Assembly (NCBI GenBank): GCA_028534125.1
Contig: CM052817.1
Location: 3,598,001 to 3,662,000, forward strand
Direction: 5' to 3'
Length of the DNA stretch: 64,000 nt
Source of the DNA: Lama glama
Taxonomy: Eukaryota
Shown one piece after another: positions 12,201 to 24,903 of this stretch (position 1 is the first letter of the stretch; each line of letters starts with the position of its first letter). A program made the translations under genes and the position numbers. A model generated the notes under the pieces. It was not told where the DNA came from, did no database searches, and was given only the letters and a program-made list of their open reading frames with translations.

Positions 12201-14986
12201 TGGGCGGTGAGCAGCCCCGGACTGGAGAGCTGTGGGCGTGGGTGGTTTGGGTGGTTTGCTTAATATCCTCCTTTTAGTTCTGCAGCATTTGCCAAAACCC
12301 CTGCCGCCGCCGAAGCTGCCTGGTTTGGGAGGTCTCCAGCGGCGCTCTCCCTGGTCCGGGTGGTACCCCGTGCCACCAGCGGGGCAGAGGGAGGGACGGC
12401 GGGGAGCAGCCTGGCTCAGGGCCCTGAGCCGGGTCTTCTCCCTCCAGAGCCCTGTCCTGACCCCGCCACCACCTCCTGAGTCAACAGCAACAAGATCCCT
12501 GCCTCAGTTTCCCTCCAATGCCCCACCCAGCATCCCTTCCCTGGGAGCTCCACCATGGCCCCGCCCATCAGTGCCTTGTCTTTGCCACCTCAGAGTGCTC
12601 CAGCTCCTAAAGGACACACGTTCACACACACTTGCACACACATGCGTGTGTACAAATGCACACATGCCCGTCAACACTCTCACATGTGTGCACACTCAGG
12701 CTCACACACACCCCCTCTTCTCCACACGCCCCCGTGCCCAACACAGCCCATGCCCGCCCTGCCACGATGTCCTGGCCTTGACCCAGTGGCCCTGCTGCGG
12801 CCACACCACTCAGCCCATTTTCTCTCCCTTCTCATGGCGATGGGCAGGACAGGCCCGCCCCGTGCCTTCTCCTGCCGAGCCGCCTTCCCTGGGCAGGTGC
12901 CCGGCTCCCGGCCAGTGACTTCACAGACTCCCAGGCAATAGCTCTGCCCCAGCAACCCCAACACGGCCAGAACCCCCACGGGCCGCTGGGCCAGCAGCTG
13001 CCTGGCTGCCCCGTCTCTGATGGAAAGTTCCGGCTGTGTGTGGGGGTCCCACTGCCGTCCCCCCCATCTTCCACCCCCAGGTCCCTTCTCAGGTCAGAGT
13101 CAGAACTCCACCGTCACTCCCTCCCTGCCTGTGGCCCCAGGGTTCAGCCTCCTGCCTCTCTCTTCTAGGTGCCACGACCTTAGAGGCCTCCTTGGTTCTG
13201 GTCCAGCTGTGTGTCTTAAGGCAGGTCACTTAACCTCTCTGAGCCTCACTAGCCACATCTAAGGACAGGGATACCGGACTCTTCTTTAGTCCTATGCTCA
13301 GCCTTGGCCCAGTCACTGTATGCAGGGGTACTGGGCACGCTGACCTGTCTGTTGGGGTCTTATGCCCACCCTGTGGCAGAAAAGTCACTGCCCCTCCGTT
13401 GACAGCCCCACTGGAGTCACGCAGAAGTGTGGGGGAGTTCCCAAAACTCAGATGCTGGGCAGACAAAAAAGAAGCAGATGTGCCTGTCTCCTTGGTGTGG
13501 GGGTTGTGAGGATCGAGGGGTCGGTGCCTCTGTGGGGCTCTCTACCTCTGGAAGGAGACAGCTCGTCTACTTTTCTGAGAGAAAAGCCACCCCTGCCCCC
13601 AAATAAAGGCCCTGCCCAGGGCCCCAGGCTGGCTGCTGGCTTTTTAACTTAATCTCCAGAAGGGCTGGTTTCTGGACCTGGGTCTGGAAGGAGGCATATG
13701 CCAGATGGAGGGAAATGAGCCTGGACAGAAACTTGCTGGTCTGCAGAAGGCGCAGGTAGGGCCCTAAAGCAGGAGACACCCCATAAAAATCCCACTCAGC
13801 TGCATTACTGCCAAACTCTCACTTCCCCCAAACAGTCCTCTCACTCACACACGTGCGCGGGCACACACACATACCCCCCACACATACGCACATACTTCAA
13901 GGTGACGTTTGCATCACCAGGTTCCAGCTGGGAGCACACTGGATGACCAAGGCGCTCCAGGGTATCCTTACTAAGGAGAATTCAACAGTCTTGTGTTGGC
14001 CTCGGGAGCCACAATCAGGGCTGGACCTTCGGTCCCCGTTACCTTGTCTGTGCACCCAGAGCCACCATACCCATGGGGAGATGCCACACACGTGCATCTC
14101 CACCAAAGTCACATACTCTGTACACACACAGAGAAAGGTCACTCTGGCTCCTCCTCCCTCCGCCTTTCTTTCTGGGCCACACACCTCGCAAAGTTGAAGC
14201 AAGGGCTTATCTTTGGAATCTCGCCCCCAGCTCGAAGGTGGAGGCCACATGGAGACCACAGACCTGGGGAGGGGAGGGAAGGCGGGGAGAACCCTAGGGG
14301 GTGCAGGGCTTACAGCGGCGCGCAGGATAACACATTCGCCTGGACAAGATTCTGGAATCCCCCAGCCATAGCAAAGCTCACTGATAAAATGACAGGGAGA
14401 ACTGAGCTGTTGTCTTGGGCAATAATTGAAAGTTGCAATCCAGCAGAAACCCATTTTCCTGCAAGTGTTTCCTATGAAGTTACCCAAGAAAGGAGTGCTT
14501 TGGCTTTAAGGACATTCCCCCATCACCATGCTGAGTCTCCTGGGATTGTCAGTGCCTAGGGCCCATTTTCAGAGTCATTTACTTAACAAGCATTGATTGA
14601 AAGCTTGCTCTGCCCTAGGCCCTGTCCCGGGCACCGGTGGCACATCAATGACCGGTCTTGCGGGGCTGACGTTTCAGAGGGAAACAGTAACGGACACGCC
14701 GGGGGATGGGGGGCTACTGTTTTATCTGTTCTCTCAGCAACTTGCGGGGAGCTGCCGTGCCTGCCTTTACCGCGGCCTGCACACTGTAGGTTTCTTGGGT
14801 TGAATAAATGAATAAACAAACAAAATTGCCTGAGAGCTAGGGAAGCAATTTGCTGGGTAGGAATAAAGTAACCCAGACATAAGCCATCAGGAACACAGCT
14901 GCAGCCTGGGGACAGCTGATCCTCCCGAGGCCGTGGGCATGGTCCCCGAGTTTTACTCTCTCGCGCGGGCCTCTTTGTCTCCTTGG

Positions 14987-15140
14987 CAGGGTTACAGTTT
15001 TAACACATGAAAATATAGGACATTCAGTGAAATCTGAATGTCAGATTAAGCAACACATGATTTTGAGTAACAAGCACGCCCCATGCATTATGTGGGATAT
15101 ACTTATACTGCAAACTCCGCACTGTCGATCTGGAATTCTC
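14987..15140. mobile_element. MER53-like palindromic DNA transposon remnant
   Basis: Contains caggg...aaaatataggacattcagtgaaatctgaatgtcaga...tgggatatacttatact. Confidence 0.55.
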
Positions 15141-16508
15141 CCCCTCCATCAGCCTCAGAAAGTGGCACCACTGCCCATGCCAGCTTTTCCTCACTCCCCA
15201 TCTGGACCATCATAACCCTGAGACACAGCATCCCCAGAATGAGACCTCCTCCGTCCACTGCCCTCACTGCACTGCCACCCCCCAGCCAGGCCACCCAGCA
15301 TTGCTTCTCTGAGGAGCAGGCGCTGGAGGTGCCATGGAGGACAGCTCTGCAGAAAGTCCCAGCAGAGTTGGCTGCCAGGGTCCCGAATCCCTGCCGGAAG
15401 TGTGGACACAGAAAATTAAACAGTGACTTGATTCCTCCACGTTTCCTGCATCTTCCTGGGTTGTAAAGCACTCTGGCCCACACTGCTTTTATTTATGCCT
15501 CACCCAGGGAATTGTGCATAATAATATCCACGTCAGAGGTAAGGATGGGCACAGGTCCAGCCCATGGGTGACCACGGGAAGGAAATGGAAGAGCTCTTCT
15601 GCTTGGGAGAGAAAGTTGGCAGAAGTCTGTATCTGCACATTGAAGAACCAAAGTTAAAATATTATACCAAAAAAAATGAAAGGTTTCCTACAGAAACCTG
15701 TCTGGGTGACAAGCTTCAGCAGGGTGCTTGCAAAGGCAGCTATTTCTACTTCAATCCATCCTCAGAGTGAGTGCGCACACAGTGAAGATGAAAAGCATGT
15801 GGGGCCTCTGATACCCACAGCCGATTTTTGTGTTTTTGCCTTCTTTCTGTTCTCATCCGGCCTCTGCCGTCCAATCCCTCCCTGTGCTGTGAGGACGTCC
15901 AAGCCTCTCCTGCCCTCCTACTACTCCTCCTTCGCTCCGGGGGCCTGCTGGGCTGTCCTTCATGGGCTGGACCTGCCAATCCAAAATCTTGGCCCAAGAC
16001 TGGCTCAAGCCCCGGCCTGGGAACCAAACTAGGTCTCATAAGTTCGGGCCCCCAGGGCAAGAGGAGTGGAGGAGCTCTCGCTTGCTCTGGGATCTGAGTT
16101 CAGAGGACCACAGAAGCCTGGATTTTGGACAGTCAGCTTTTCCAGCTGCCCAGACAAACTGTAAAATGAAGCCAAGGGCCAGACGAAGGCAGACCCAGGA
16201 GACAGAGACTGAGGCAGCCTCCCGCCCCCAGGTTCAGCAGAGCCCGGAACCAGCCCAACACCTGGCCGTGCTAATTACACGAACCATCAACCCCCTCGGC
16301 TGAAGCCAGTGTCAGCTGGGTTTCTGTCACCTGCAGGTGCAGCCAAAAATATCTAAACTAGCCACGTGGGGGATTTTCTGAAAGCAGCTGGGTGAATTGG
16401 GTTCCGTAGACCTGAATTCTGGCACCAGCTTCATGACTAACCAGGTGATCTCACCCAAGGCATTGCATCCTCCCGTGACTTGGTTCCCCACCTATAAAAT
16501 GCAGCTGA

Positions 16509-16601
16509 GGGGGTGGGGGTATGGTTTAGCGTTACGCACGTGCTGAGCATGCGTGAGGTCCTGGGTTCCATCCCCAGTACCTTCATTTAAAAAAAAAAAA
16601 A
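16509..16601 (+). mobile_element. Camelid tRNA-derived SINE (Vic-1-like), short form, inserted in a MIR remnant
   Basis: GGGGGTATGGTTTAGC...GAGGTCCTGGGTTCCATCCCCAGTACC followed by poly(A). TSD aaaatgcagctga / aaaaaggagctga. Confidence 0.82.
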
Positions 16602-16854
16602 GGAGCTGATACGCATAGCAGCTTCTCAGCACCCGTGAGCAAGTGATGGAGTAACAGACGTGAGAGGACTTTAGGAAGTCCAAGTGCTGCTCAGAGGACC
16701 AGTTGGCATCTCCCACCCAGCAGCATCACCTGTGGATTTCTGCCTTCCCCTCCAGCCATGGCTCCCTGAGAACAGGTGCTTCATCCTCTCACCTCTTTAT
16801 CCTCACCACCTAGCAGCAGGCCTGGAAGGTGTGAAAAATCTGGGTGGGTGTACT

Positions 16855-17377
16855 GAACTGAAGGCGGGGACCAGGACAGATATTTGCACACCCATGTCCA
16901 CAGCAGTGATGCTCACAATAGCTAGGAGGTGGAAGCAAGCCACGTGTCCCTGGATGGATGGATGGATGGATAAGCAAAATGTAGTCCATCCGCACAACAG
17001 AATGACACTCAGTCTTCAAAAGGAAATTCTGACACCTGCTACAACATGCTGAACCTTGAGGACATTATGCTCAGTGAAATAAGTCACTCACCAAAGGACA
17101 AATCCTGTATGATTCCTCTTCTGTAAGTCCCCAGAGCAGTCAAATTCCTAGAGACAGAAAGCAGAATGGTGGGTGCCAGGGGCCGGGAGAAAAGGAATGG
17201 GAAGTTGTTTCATGGGGACAGAGTTCCCGTTTGGGAAGATGGAAAGGTTCTGGAGATGGATGGCGGTGATGGTTGTGCCATTAAGTGCACCATGTGAATG
17301 TACTTAATACCACTGAACTGCACGTGTAATGGCTGAGATGGTTTTATGTTATGTGTATTCTACCGCAATTTAAAAAA
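16855..17377 (+). mobile_element. LINE-1 (L1MB-like) 3'-end fragment
   Basis: Contains gatatttgcacacccatgtccacagcag...aaccttgaggacattatgctcagtgaaataag...tacttaataccactgaactg. Confidence 0.85.
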
Positions 17378-19651
17378 TCTGGAAAGCAGGACTTGAAATA
17401 CATCGAATGGGAGGCATTAAGTGACTTCAGCAGACGAAGCAGGGAAGGCTGACACAACCTGTTTGCCATGAAAATCTCTCTTGGAATTGTTAGCAGGAGT
17501 CACGGCTCCTTTTTTCCTTTCGGCCTTTGCAAAACGCCAGGCGCGAATCACGCATGCGCACTAAGTGTCCTCCACCACCACCACCCCCGCCCCGGCTTTG
17601 AAGCCACAGCCGCGCAGCAGGCCGGCACTGCTCGGGACGAGGCTGTGCCTGGTAAGCAGCATGGAACCCCCGCACAGAAGGCGGAGATGGTTCTCTCCCG
17701 CAGTGTAAGCCGGGCAGAGCCGAGCTCGGAGAGCGCCCGCACCTCGGCGAGCCCAGCCCGGCCTCTGCGGCCGCGCCCTCCGCCCGCTCGATGCGACTGC
17801 GCCAGCGCGCCGGCCCTGGTAGCCGGGCTGCCTCCTGGGGTTCCGACGGGACCCGCTCGCCTTTTGTTCACCGGCTTGCGCGTGGCTCAGCTTTTTTCAA
17901 CGCACGTGTTTTAGTTTTGCGACTTACAAAATACTTAAACAAGAAAAGTTCATTTACACGGGAAGGTAGGATTCCCTAAATCAAAAACCTCGCAGCCGTT
18001 GCTCTTTACAGGGATCTCACACAGCCACCGTTTTGTTTGGTCTTCAAAAAGGCCGGTGCGTAGGCGTCAGCCCGTGTTGGAGGTGGGCAGTGATTTCCAT
18101 CATTGTCCAATGAGAAAGGGATGAATTTGGCAGAGCCCAGGGCCAGCTCAGCACCTGCAATCGTCACTAGTGCAGGAGCCAGACCGCTCACCTCCATGCT
18201 CCTTCACACCTGCACCATCACACCACCTCTGGTGACTGCTTTGGAGGCACCCATTAAGTGACCCATTAAGACCATAGCATAAGGGCAGGTGGGTAGCTCA
18301 TTCACTGCTGAACCTGAACACCTAACACCAAAACCAGGGACTTAAATTAACATGGAAGGAAGGGAAGGAAGGGGGGCATGGGAGGGAGGGGGAGGAAGGT
18401 AAGGGGAACAATTGCCAGCCTAGTATTGACCCATTGGGACCTTGCACATGAATCACTAATGGCTAGTCTTTTAGGCAAAATAAGGTAGTCATCCAAGCCA
18501 AGTGACAGGAGGATGGAAAGTAACCGAGGTGTATTCACACAGGAATCCCACACTCCGACAACGGCTGTGGACCAGGCAGCAGGCGGACCCACAGTTTCAG
18601 CCTCTTGCACACATGTTGCCCGAGCCCTGGCCCTGGCCACACCGTGGGGTGGACAAATCACAGCCTGGCCTTCAGGGAGCCTGTGTCTGTACAGTTAAGA
18701 GGTCGGACCGCGTACTGAGTGCCTGTGAGCCTCCTTGATTGCCCACAGGGCCAGCCCGGCTCGCAATGCGGGTGCTGATGGGGCTGCCTACCGAGGGGGT
18801 TAAGCCCTTCTGTGCATCAGCGCCTCGCTCAGCCCTCACAGCCTCCCCATCGGGTAGGGGCTGGGAGGATGCAGAAGGGGAGGACGCGGAAGTTAAGAAC
18901 CTGCTGGGTCTCCAGGCTGAGTTCCAGGTAGCTAGGCTCCGGAGCCCGGTGTGGCACTGACCCACCTCTTGGGACGGGTATGCACAGAGGGCCCTGACCC
19001 AGCCTGGGTGGGAGGGGCTGGGGAGGCAGCCAGGTGGGGTCTGAGGCAGAGAAGGGGGAGCAGAGGGAGGAGACAAGTTCTCAGACGGAGTGCGGATCTC
19101 AGCCAGGGTCCAGAGCCAAAATCCATGCCATCTGCCTGGTGTTGAGGGAGAAGGCAGGGAAGAGGTGACCTCGCAGAGGAGAACAAGGACCAGATCTGCA
19201 GGCCCCTGTGACTGTGTGAAGCAGAGGTGTTTTCCCTGAAGGCAACGAGGAGGCGTGGAAGGGTTTAGGCAGCGGGTTGCCAAGTCAGACCTGCCTTTTA
19301 GAAAGATGCCTCTGGATGTTGCGTGGAAGGTGTGTTAGAGACCAACAGGAGCCATCCTGGACCACCAGGACAATGGCCATGGGGCTAGACAGAAGTGACT
19401 CGGGTGGACCGTTCTAGAGACTTCCTGATGACTATAAAAGCTGCACTCGACGTGCCCACAGCAGGCTCCGGCCTCACCTCTGCCCCTTAACCCGTCACCA
19501 ACAGAGAAAAGACCACTCATGGCTTCTTGCCAGCAGAGGAAGCAAACACAGGATGCGATTCAGGTACAGCAACAAAAGCTGCATTGTTGGGGGAGGAGGG
19601 GGCACTCAGACTCTGGCACTTGGTACTGAGCCCAGAAAAAGAGGGGTCTCC

Positions 19652-19985
19652 TGTGGACTGGATGTTCGTGTCCCTCCAAAATTCACATGTTGAAGCCCTA
19701 ACCCCTCCCACCTTGAGACGCTACTTGGAGGTGGGCCTTTAGGGTAGTCAGGTCATTAGGTCATGGGAGTGGGGCCCCTGATGGGATTAGTGCCCCCTAA
19801 GAAGAGGAGGAGACCCCAGCCAGGAGGCAGTGAACCTCGAGTCGGGAGGAGAAGCCCACCAGAATCCCGACCACGCCAGCGCTCTGACCTGGACTCCCGG
19901 TCCCAGGACTGTGAGAAAACGAGCCTGTGCTGTCCGAGCCCCGCGGTCTGTGCGCTCTGTCAGGGGAGCCAAGCGGGCCCCGCAG
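19652..19985 (+). mobile_element. MLT1 (MaLR) solo LTR
   Basis: Contains tgtggactggatgttcgtgtccctccaaaattcacatgttgaagccctaacccc...gactgtgagaaa. Confidence 0.75.
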
Positions 19986-22900
19986 CCCGGGATGTCGGCA
20001 GAGGGCCTCTAGTCCAGGCTGACTTTCACATTTTGAGATGCACAACCCTGAGGGTCTGTCTCCATTCACAGATGAGAAGCACAGAGGGGAAAAGCAACCT
20101 GTGCAAAGTCACGGTTACTGAGGGGCGGGGACACCCCTCTGGGAGGAACTTGTCATTGAATAAGAGACCAGGCTCAATCCTAAATCTCCCTCTAACCTAC
20201 TCACCCTGGGGAAACTGACTTAACCTTGAGCCTCGGTTTTACTCACCCATAAAATGGAGATGATACTATTTACCACAAAGAGCTGTTTTGACATTTAAAT
20301 GAAAGTGCACGTATGAAATACCGTTTGTCACAGCAGCAAAACTCAGCCGAGTTGGGAACTATGATCCTTTTTGGAGATGAGGACACAAGGCTTGGGGAGC
20401 TGTCCCCTCCAGAGTGAGTTCCCTTAGCCCCCCGCTGGCGCAGGAGGAGGGAGGGAGGGAGGGAGGGAGGAAGGTGACCCTGCCCAGCCCACAGGGCCCG
20501 CAGGGCCCAGGGCTCCCGGCTGCGCGGCGAGCCTGCAAGGCTCTCGGCCGTCCGCACTCTGTGGCCTCTGCCCGCCTCCCCACCAACAGCCGTTTCTGTT
20601 CTCAACCAGACCTGGCGGGCCAGCACGCACGTTGGCAGGGGGTCTGGAAAAGATGACAGTCCCCTCCAGTGCTCACATCCTCCCCCCATCAGAGCAATAC
20701 CCACTTTCTCATCCACCTGGGGGAATGAACGCCTGCCAGCCTCTGCACTCACGTACCCCACTGAGATCGGCCCCCACTTGGGACCCTCCTGGGGGTGGGG
20801 CTCTGTCTTTGGTGGAGAGTTTGGAGGGAGGTGGGGGTGAATCTTTCCTCCGACCCCCCTTGGTTGAGCTGAAGGATCATTGCCAACTGTTTGTTTCCCA
20901 GAATCTGCTATTTTCTTGGCAGCTCCATGCAGGCCTTGGAAATTCTCAAAAGTGTTTTTTAAGTACTCATAGCTTGAATGAGAGGACAGAGATAGCAGAG
21001 GGGGAGAGAGACGGGGTCAGGGGACACCGGAAGACCCCCTTGGATCTGGTTCAGCCTTACACAGCCACAGGGACAGGGACAAGCCTGGGGAGAGGGGCGG
21101 TGAGGATTGCAGAGATTTTCCCACTTAGCAACTTGAAAGCCAGGAGCTGGACAAGTCCACCTCCTGACCCCTGGGCCTGGATCAAAGGCTGCATTTTTCT
21201 AAGCTCTTTCTCTATTCGCCATGGCCATAGCATAGATGGCGCATAAAACTTTCCTGGCTGAGTTTCCATTGTCTATTTTCCAGCCTCCCCAGGGATGGAG
21301 AGGTTCTTCCTGTGCCCCATAGGGCCTGGCCAGAGCCGCCAGGCCTGTGCAGGTGGAGAGCTCCCCATTGCTGGAGGTGTGTAAGCCAGGGATGCCACCG
21401 ATGGAGATGGCGCAGAGCGCCTCCAGCCTCCGGCTGGGGCTGCCTAAGTTACTACTGACGGGGCCCCTCCCTGCCAGAGTCGCAGCTCCAGCATCTGCCA
21501 GGGCCAGGTGGACAGCAGTGGCCTGGGGCAAGTTCCAGCCGGGTGTGGCCTGCTTGCAGGACTGTGTCCTCTCTTCTCCATCTTTACAAGGGTCAGGGGA
21601 GGATCCCACCTAGGGAAGGTCACGTGTGCGTGGACTTTGTACAGCCTCGCCTACCCCGGGCACCACCCCATCCCTGCCCTCCACATCCACAGGCAGCAGG
21701 CAGCACCTGAAGCTTTCAGGATCTCAGCAAAGGCAGGTCTGCCCATGAAAGGTGTGAGTTGTGATTGGTCTACACCAGTCCTGGCACCATATTCCTCTGG
21801 CCTGTGATTGGTTAAAGGGTGGGCATATGACCCAGTGGTGACCAATGAGATGTAAGGGGACTGCCAGAGGAGCTTCCCTTTCTGACCCCAAAAGCTAAGA
21901 TCACAAAGGGAAAAGGTCTTCCTGTCCTCCATCTTCCTGCCTTGGACATTGATGTGATGTCCGGAGACACAGCAGCCTCATCCCTGGCAGTGTCATGAGG
22001 CAGCCAAACCCATGCCAGGTGCTGTTCCCTCTGGATGTCGTTATGTTCCTTACAGGAGGAATATAAACTCCTACTGGTTTGAATCCCCAGTAGTCAGGTT
22101 TTCAGACTTGCAGCTAAACGCATTCCTAACTGACCTGCTAAGGGTCTACTCAAACCCAGTGGCTATCCCCACCCCAGTCTCCCAGTGCACCTTGCAGCCG
22201 GAGCCTGCAGGAGGAGGTGCTGGACGTCCCCTCATGTCATGGTGCTTCGTGTCACCGCGCTTCCTTCTTTCCTTCTTCCAGGTCCCCCTCCTGTTTCCAC
22301 CCCTCAGATCTGATGACCCATCTCCGTTCTTGTCCAGAGACCCTGCGGCTGCTTGGTATCCGTGTCCACCCATCCCCTCCCCTCCCCACCCCCATGCTGA
22401 ATCACAGCCCATAAATGAACACACGCCCCACAAAATCTATCCTGTGGTCCCCGAATGTGGCAGGCAGGCCATATGCTTATGACTGCGCAACTGTGAGGGC
22501 GGGGCAGCCAGCGCACTGACGGGTCATCATGCACCCTGCGGACACAGGGCCCCTCTGGACCACTCAGCATCTCCCCGAGACCAGCCGGGGCCGCCCCTGG
22601 CATCCTCTCACACAGCGCGCTCACCTCCTCCTTCACGCAGTGACTTCCTCCCAGGGCCGCAGCCCTACTGGGCTCTGATTATCCTGATTTACAAACTGGG
22701 TCCCAATCAGAAATCCGAAACTGCCAACCCTCGAGTCTAAAGGCTGAGGGACAGAACAACCCAGGTGACTGCTGCAGCATTTCCTGCTCCACCACCGAGG
22801 CAGAAGTGGGGGTGCCCACATCCTGGGACCACTCAGCTGCAGCCCTGGGGAGGTGAGCTTACCAAAGGAAGGACCAGCCTTTGGAAAAGGCCCACCTACC

Positions 22901-23855
22901 TCCGCCACGGGGACAGAAGTCGCTCACACACCTGTGCCCTTTCCTCTGTATAATCTCAGGATCGCCCTTTCACTGGTGAGGAAACAAGCTCAGAGAGGTT
23001 AAGCAATTTGTCCAAGGCCACTCAGTTAGGAAGGGACAGAGCCTGTTTCAAATAAACTAACCAAGCCGGCCTTCTCTCCCCTGTACTCCCTCCCCCCGAC
23101 TCAGTAAAGGCGCTGGCCGGGCAGCAGGGCTCTGGCAGTAGACGTGCCGCTCACCTGAGAACTCCAGCACTGTGGGGCGCCACCTTGGCCTGAAATCCCT
23201 AAGGCCTCCGGGGAAAAGGTGATGAAGACTCAAGGTGCCCAGTAAAGCCCCCAGGAGACCATGACTTAGACATTCAAAGAAGAGGAGCAGAAGTGAGGGA
23301 TGGCTCAGCTAGATGGACGAGAAAACTGAGGTTAGAGGAAGCTTATGCCTGCAAAAACACAAGGTGTGTGCTCACTGTCTTTTGCTGTCAGCTGCTCCGA
23401 ACATTCTTCCCTCCTGAACCTTCTCTTCTGGTCCCTCCCTTCCCACGGTCTGGGACAGCAGCCTGCACTTGGACTGCCGGCTGCCCGGCAGTGTGTGGCA
23501 TCCACAGTGTGTAAGAAGGGAGAAGAGATTTAGGGTGACCCTCGAGGGCGAGGAGGGGAAGGACCCAGTGAGGACCGGGCATCTGGAGAGGAAAAGGCAA
23601 GGCCCAGGGGAGATGCTGCCATGAGCTCTGGAAAGAAGGACGTTGCATTTACCTGTTCCTGCTTACTACCAACCCCTGCAGGTGCCCCTGAGCAGGGGCC
23701 TGACATTTCAGGGGGTGGCAGGAGGGTGGGTTCCTCTGGAGAGGGTCTTCCTGAGAGGTGACAAAGACCCCCCATCAGGGCCTGAGGCCAGCCTTCCCTG
23801 CAAGCCCCCAGGGAGGCCCCGCTGGTTGTCCTTGGGGCCTCCTCCCCCCAACACT

Positions 23856-23970
23856 TCTGGTCCCCCCCACCCTGGTAGTTCCCCCCAACCCTGGTGCCCC
23901 CCCACCCTGGTGGTCCCCCCCTGGTAGTCCCCCGCCACCCTGGTGGCCCCCCCCACCCTGGTGGTCCCCG
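23856..23970. repeat. C-rich minisatellite, unit of about 16-18 nt (CCCCCCACCCTGGTGGT)
   Basis: About 6 degenerate tandem copies, visible directly. Confidence 0.85.
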
Positions 23971-24771
23971 TGGCCTCAGGCAGACTCACTAGGCTCCCCA
24001 TCCTCCCACACCAGCTCCTTCCTCCAGGCATGGCCCAAGCCTCCCCACTCCAGTTCCACCCACTGGAGCTGGAATTGGGCACATGTGAAGAGAGGTGCGG
24101 GGTGGGTTCAGAGGCTGCCCCTGAGAGGTGAGGGTTTGGAAGGACCCCTCCATGCCAGCCTCAAAGTGAAGCCCCCACAAGACAATGAACCGTCCCCATC
24201 CTGAGACCCTGCATCCTTTCCCCATCCCATCACTCCTCTCGAGAGGATGTGCACCCCATGGCTGCCCTGTAAGCTGTTCCACCCCTTCTCCCCCCAAGGG
24301 ATTCTGATTCCTGTTCCAGGAGGGCTTTGGGGTGAGAGCGGAGGCAGGTGCGCCCGCTGCCCCTATGGGGGTCCCTGTATCCGTGTCCGTGTCTCCTGAC
24401 AGCCACCCCAGGCTACTAGCGGCGGGAAAGGAGGTTGTGAAGCACCCCAGGTTCAGCCACAGCTCCAGAGAGCCCCTCTGCCTTTGAGCCGGGCTTCTCA
24501 CAATAACGTGAGCATCATCAGCCTCGTGATGCAAGCGAAGGGACCCACTTCCTCTCTGCTCATCTCAGGGTCACTGCTGCCATCTCAAGATGCCTCCTGA
24601 TCCAGTTCTGGGTTTGTGATCAATCTAAGGCTGGGGTCAAGGGGAGACAGACAGTGCAGGTGCCTAAGGTCCCAACCAGGACAAGAGAAAGAGGAATTCA
24701 GAGGGGGAGAGGTGAATATTCCTACATTATCTTACTATGTACATATTTTTTAATTTTTAATTTTTTAGGCA

Positions 24772-24903
24772 TTTTTCTTTTTTCTTCTTTGGGGGGGTAA
24801 TTAAGTTTATTTATTTATTTATTTTTATTGGCAGTACTGGGGATTGAATCCAGGACTTCATGCATGCTAAACACACACTCTACCACTGAACCATACCCTC
24901 CCC
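24772..24903 (-). mobile_element. Camelid tRNA-derived SINE (Vic-1-like)
   Basis: Reverse complement reads GGGGAGGGTATGGTTCAGTGGTAGAGTG...GTCCTGGATTCAATCCCCAGTACTG, then (TAAA)n, a C-run and an A-rich tail. Confidence 0.85.

Noticed and set aside
23856..23970. CRISPR-like array
   Set aside because: Eukaryotic context with adjacent degenerate units and no unique spacers; it is an ordinary minisatellite.
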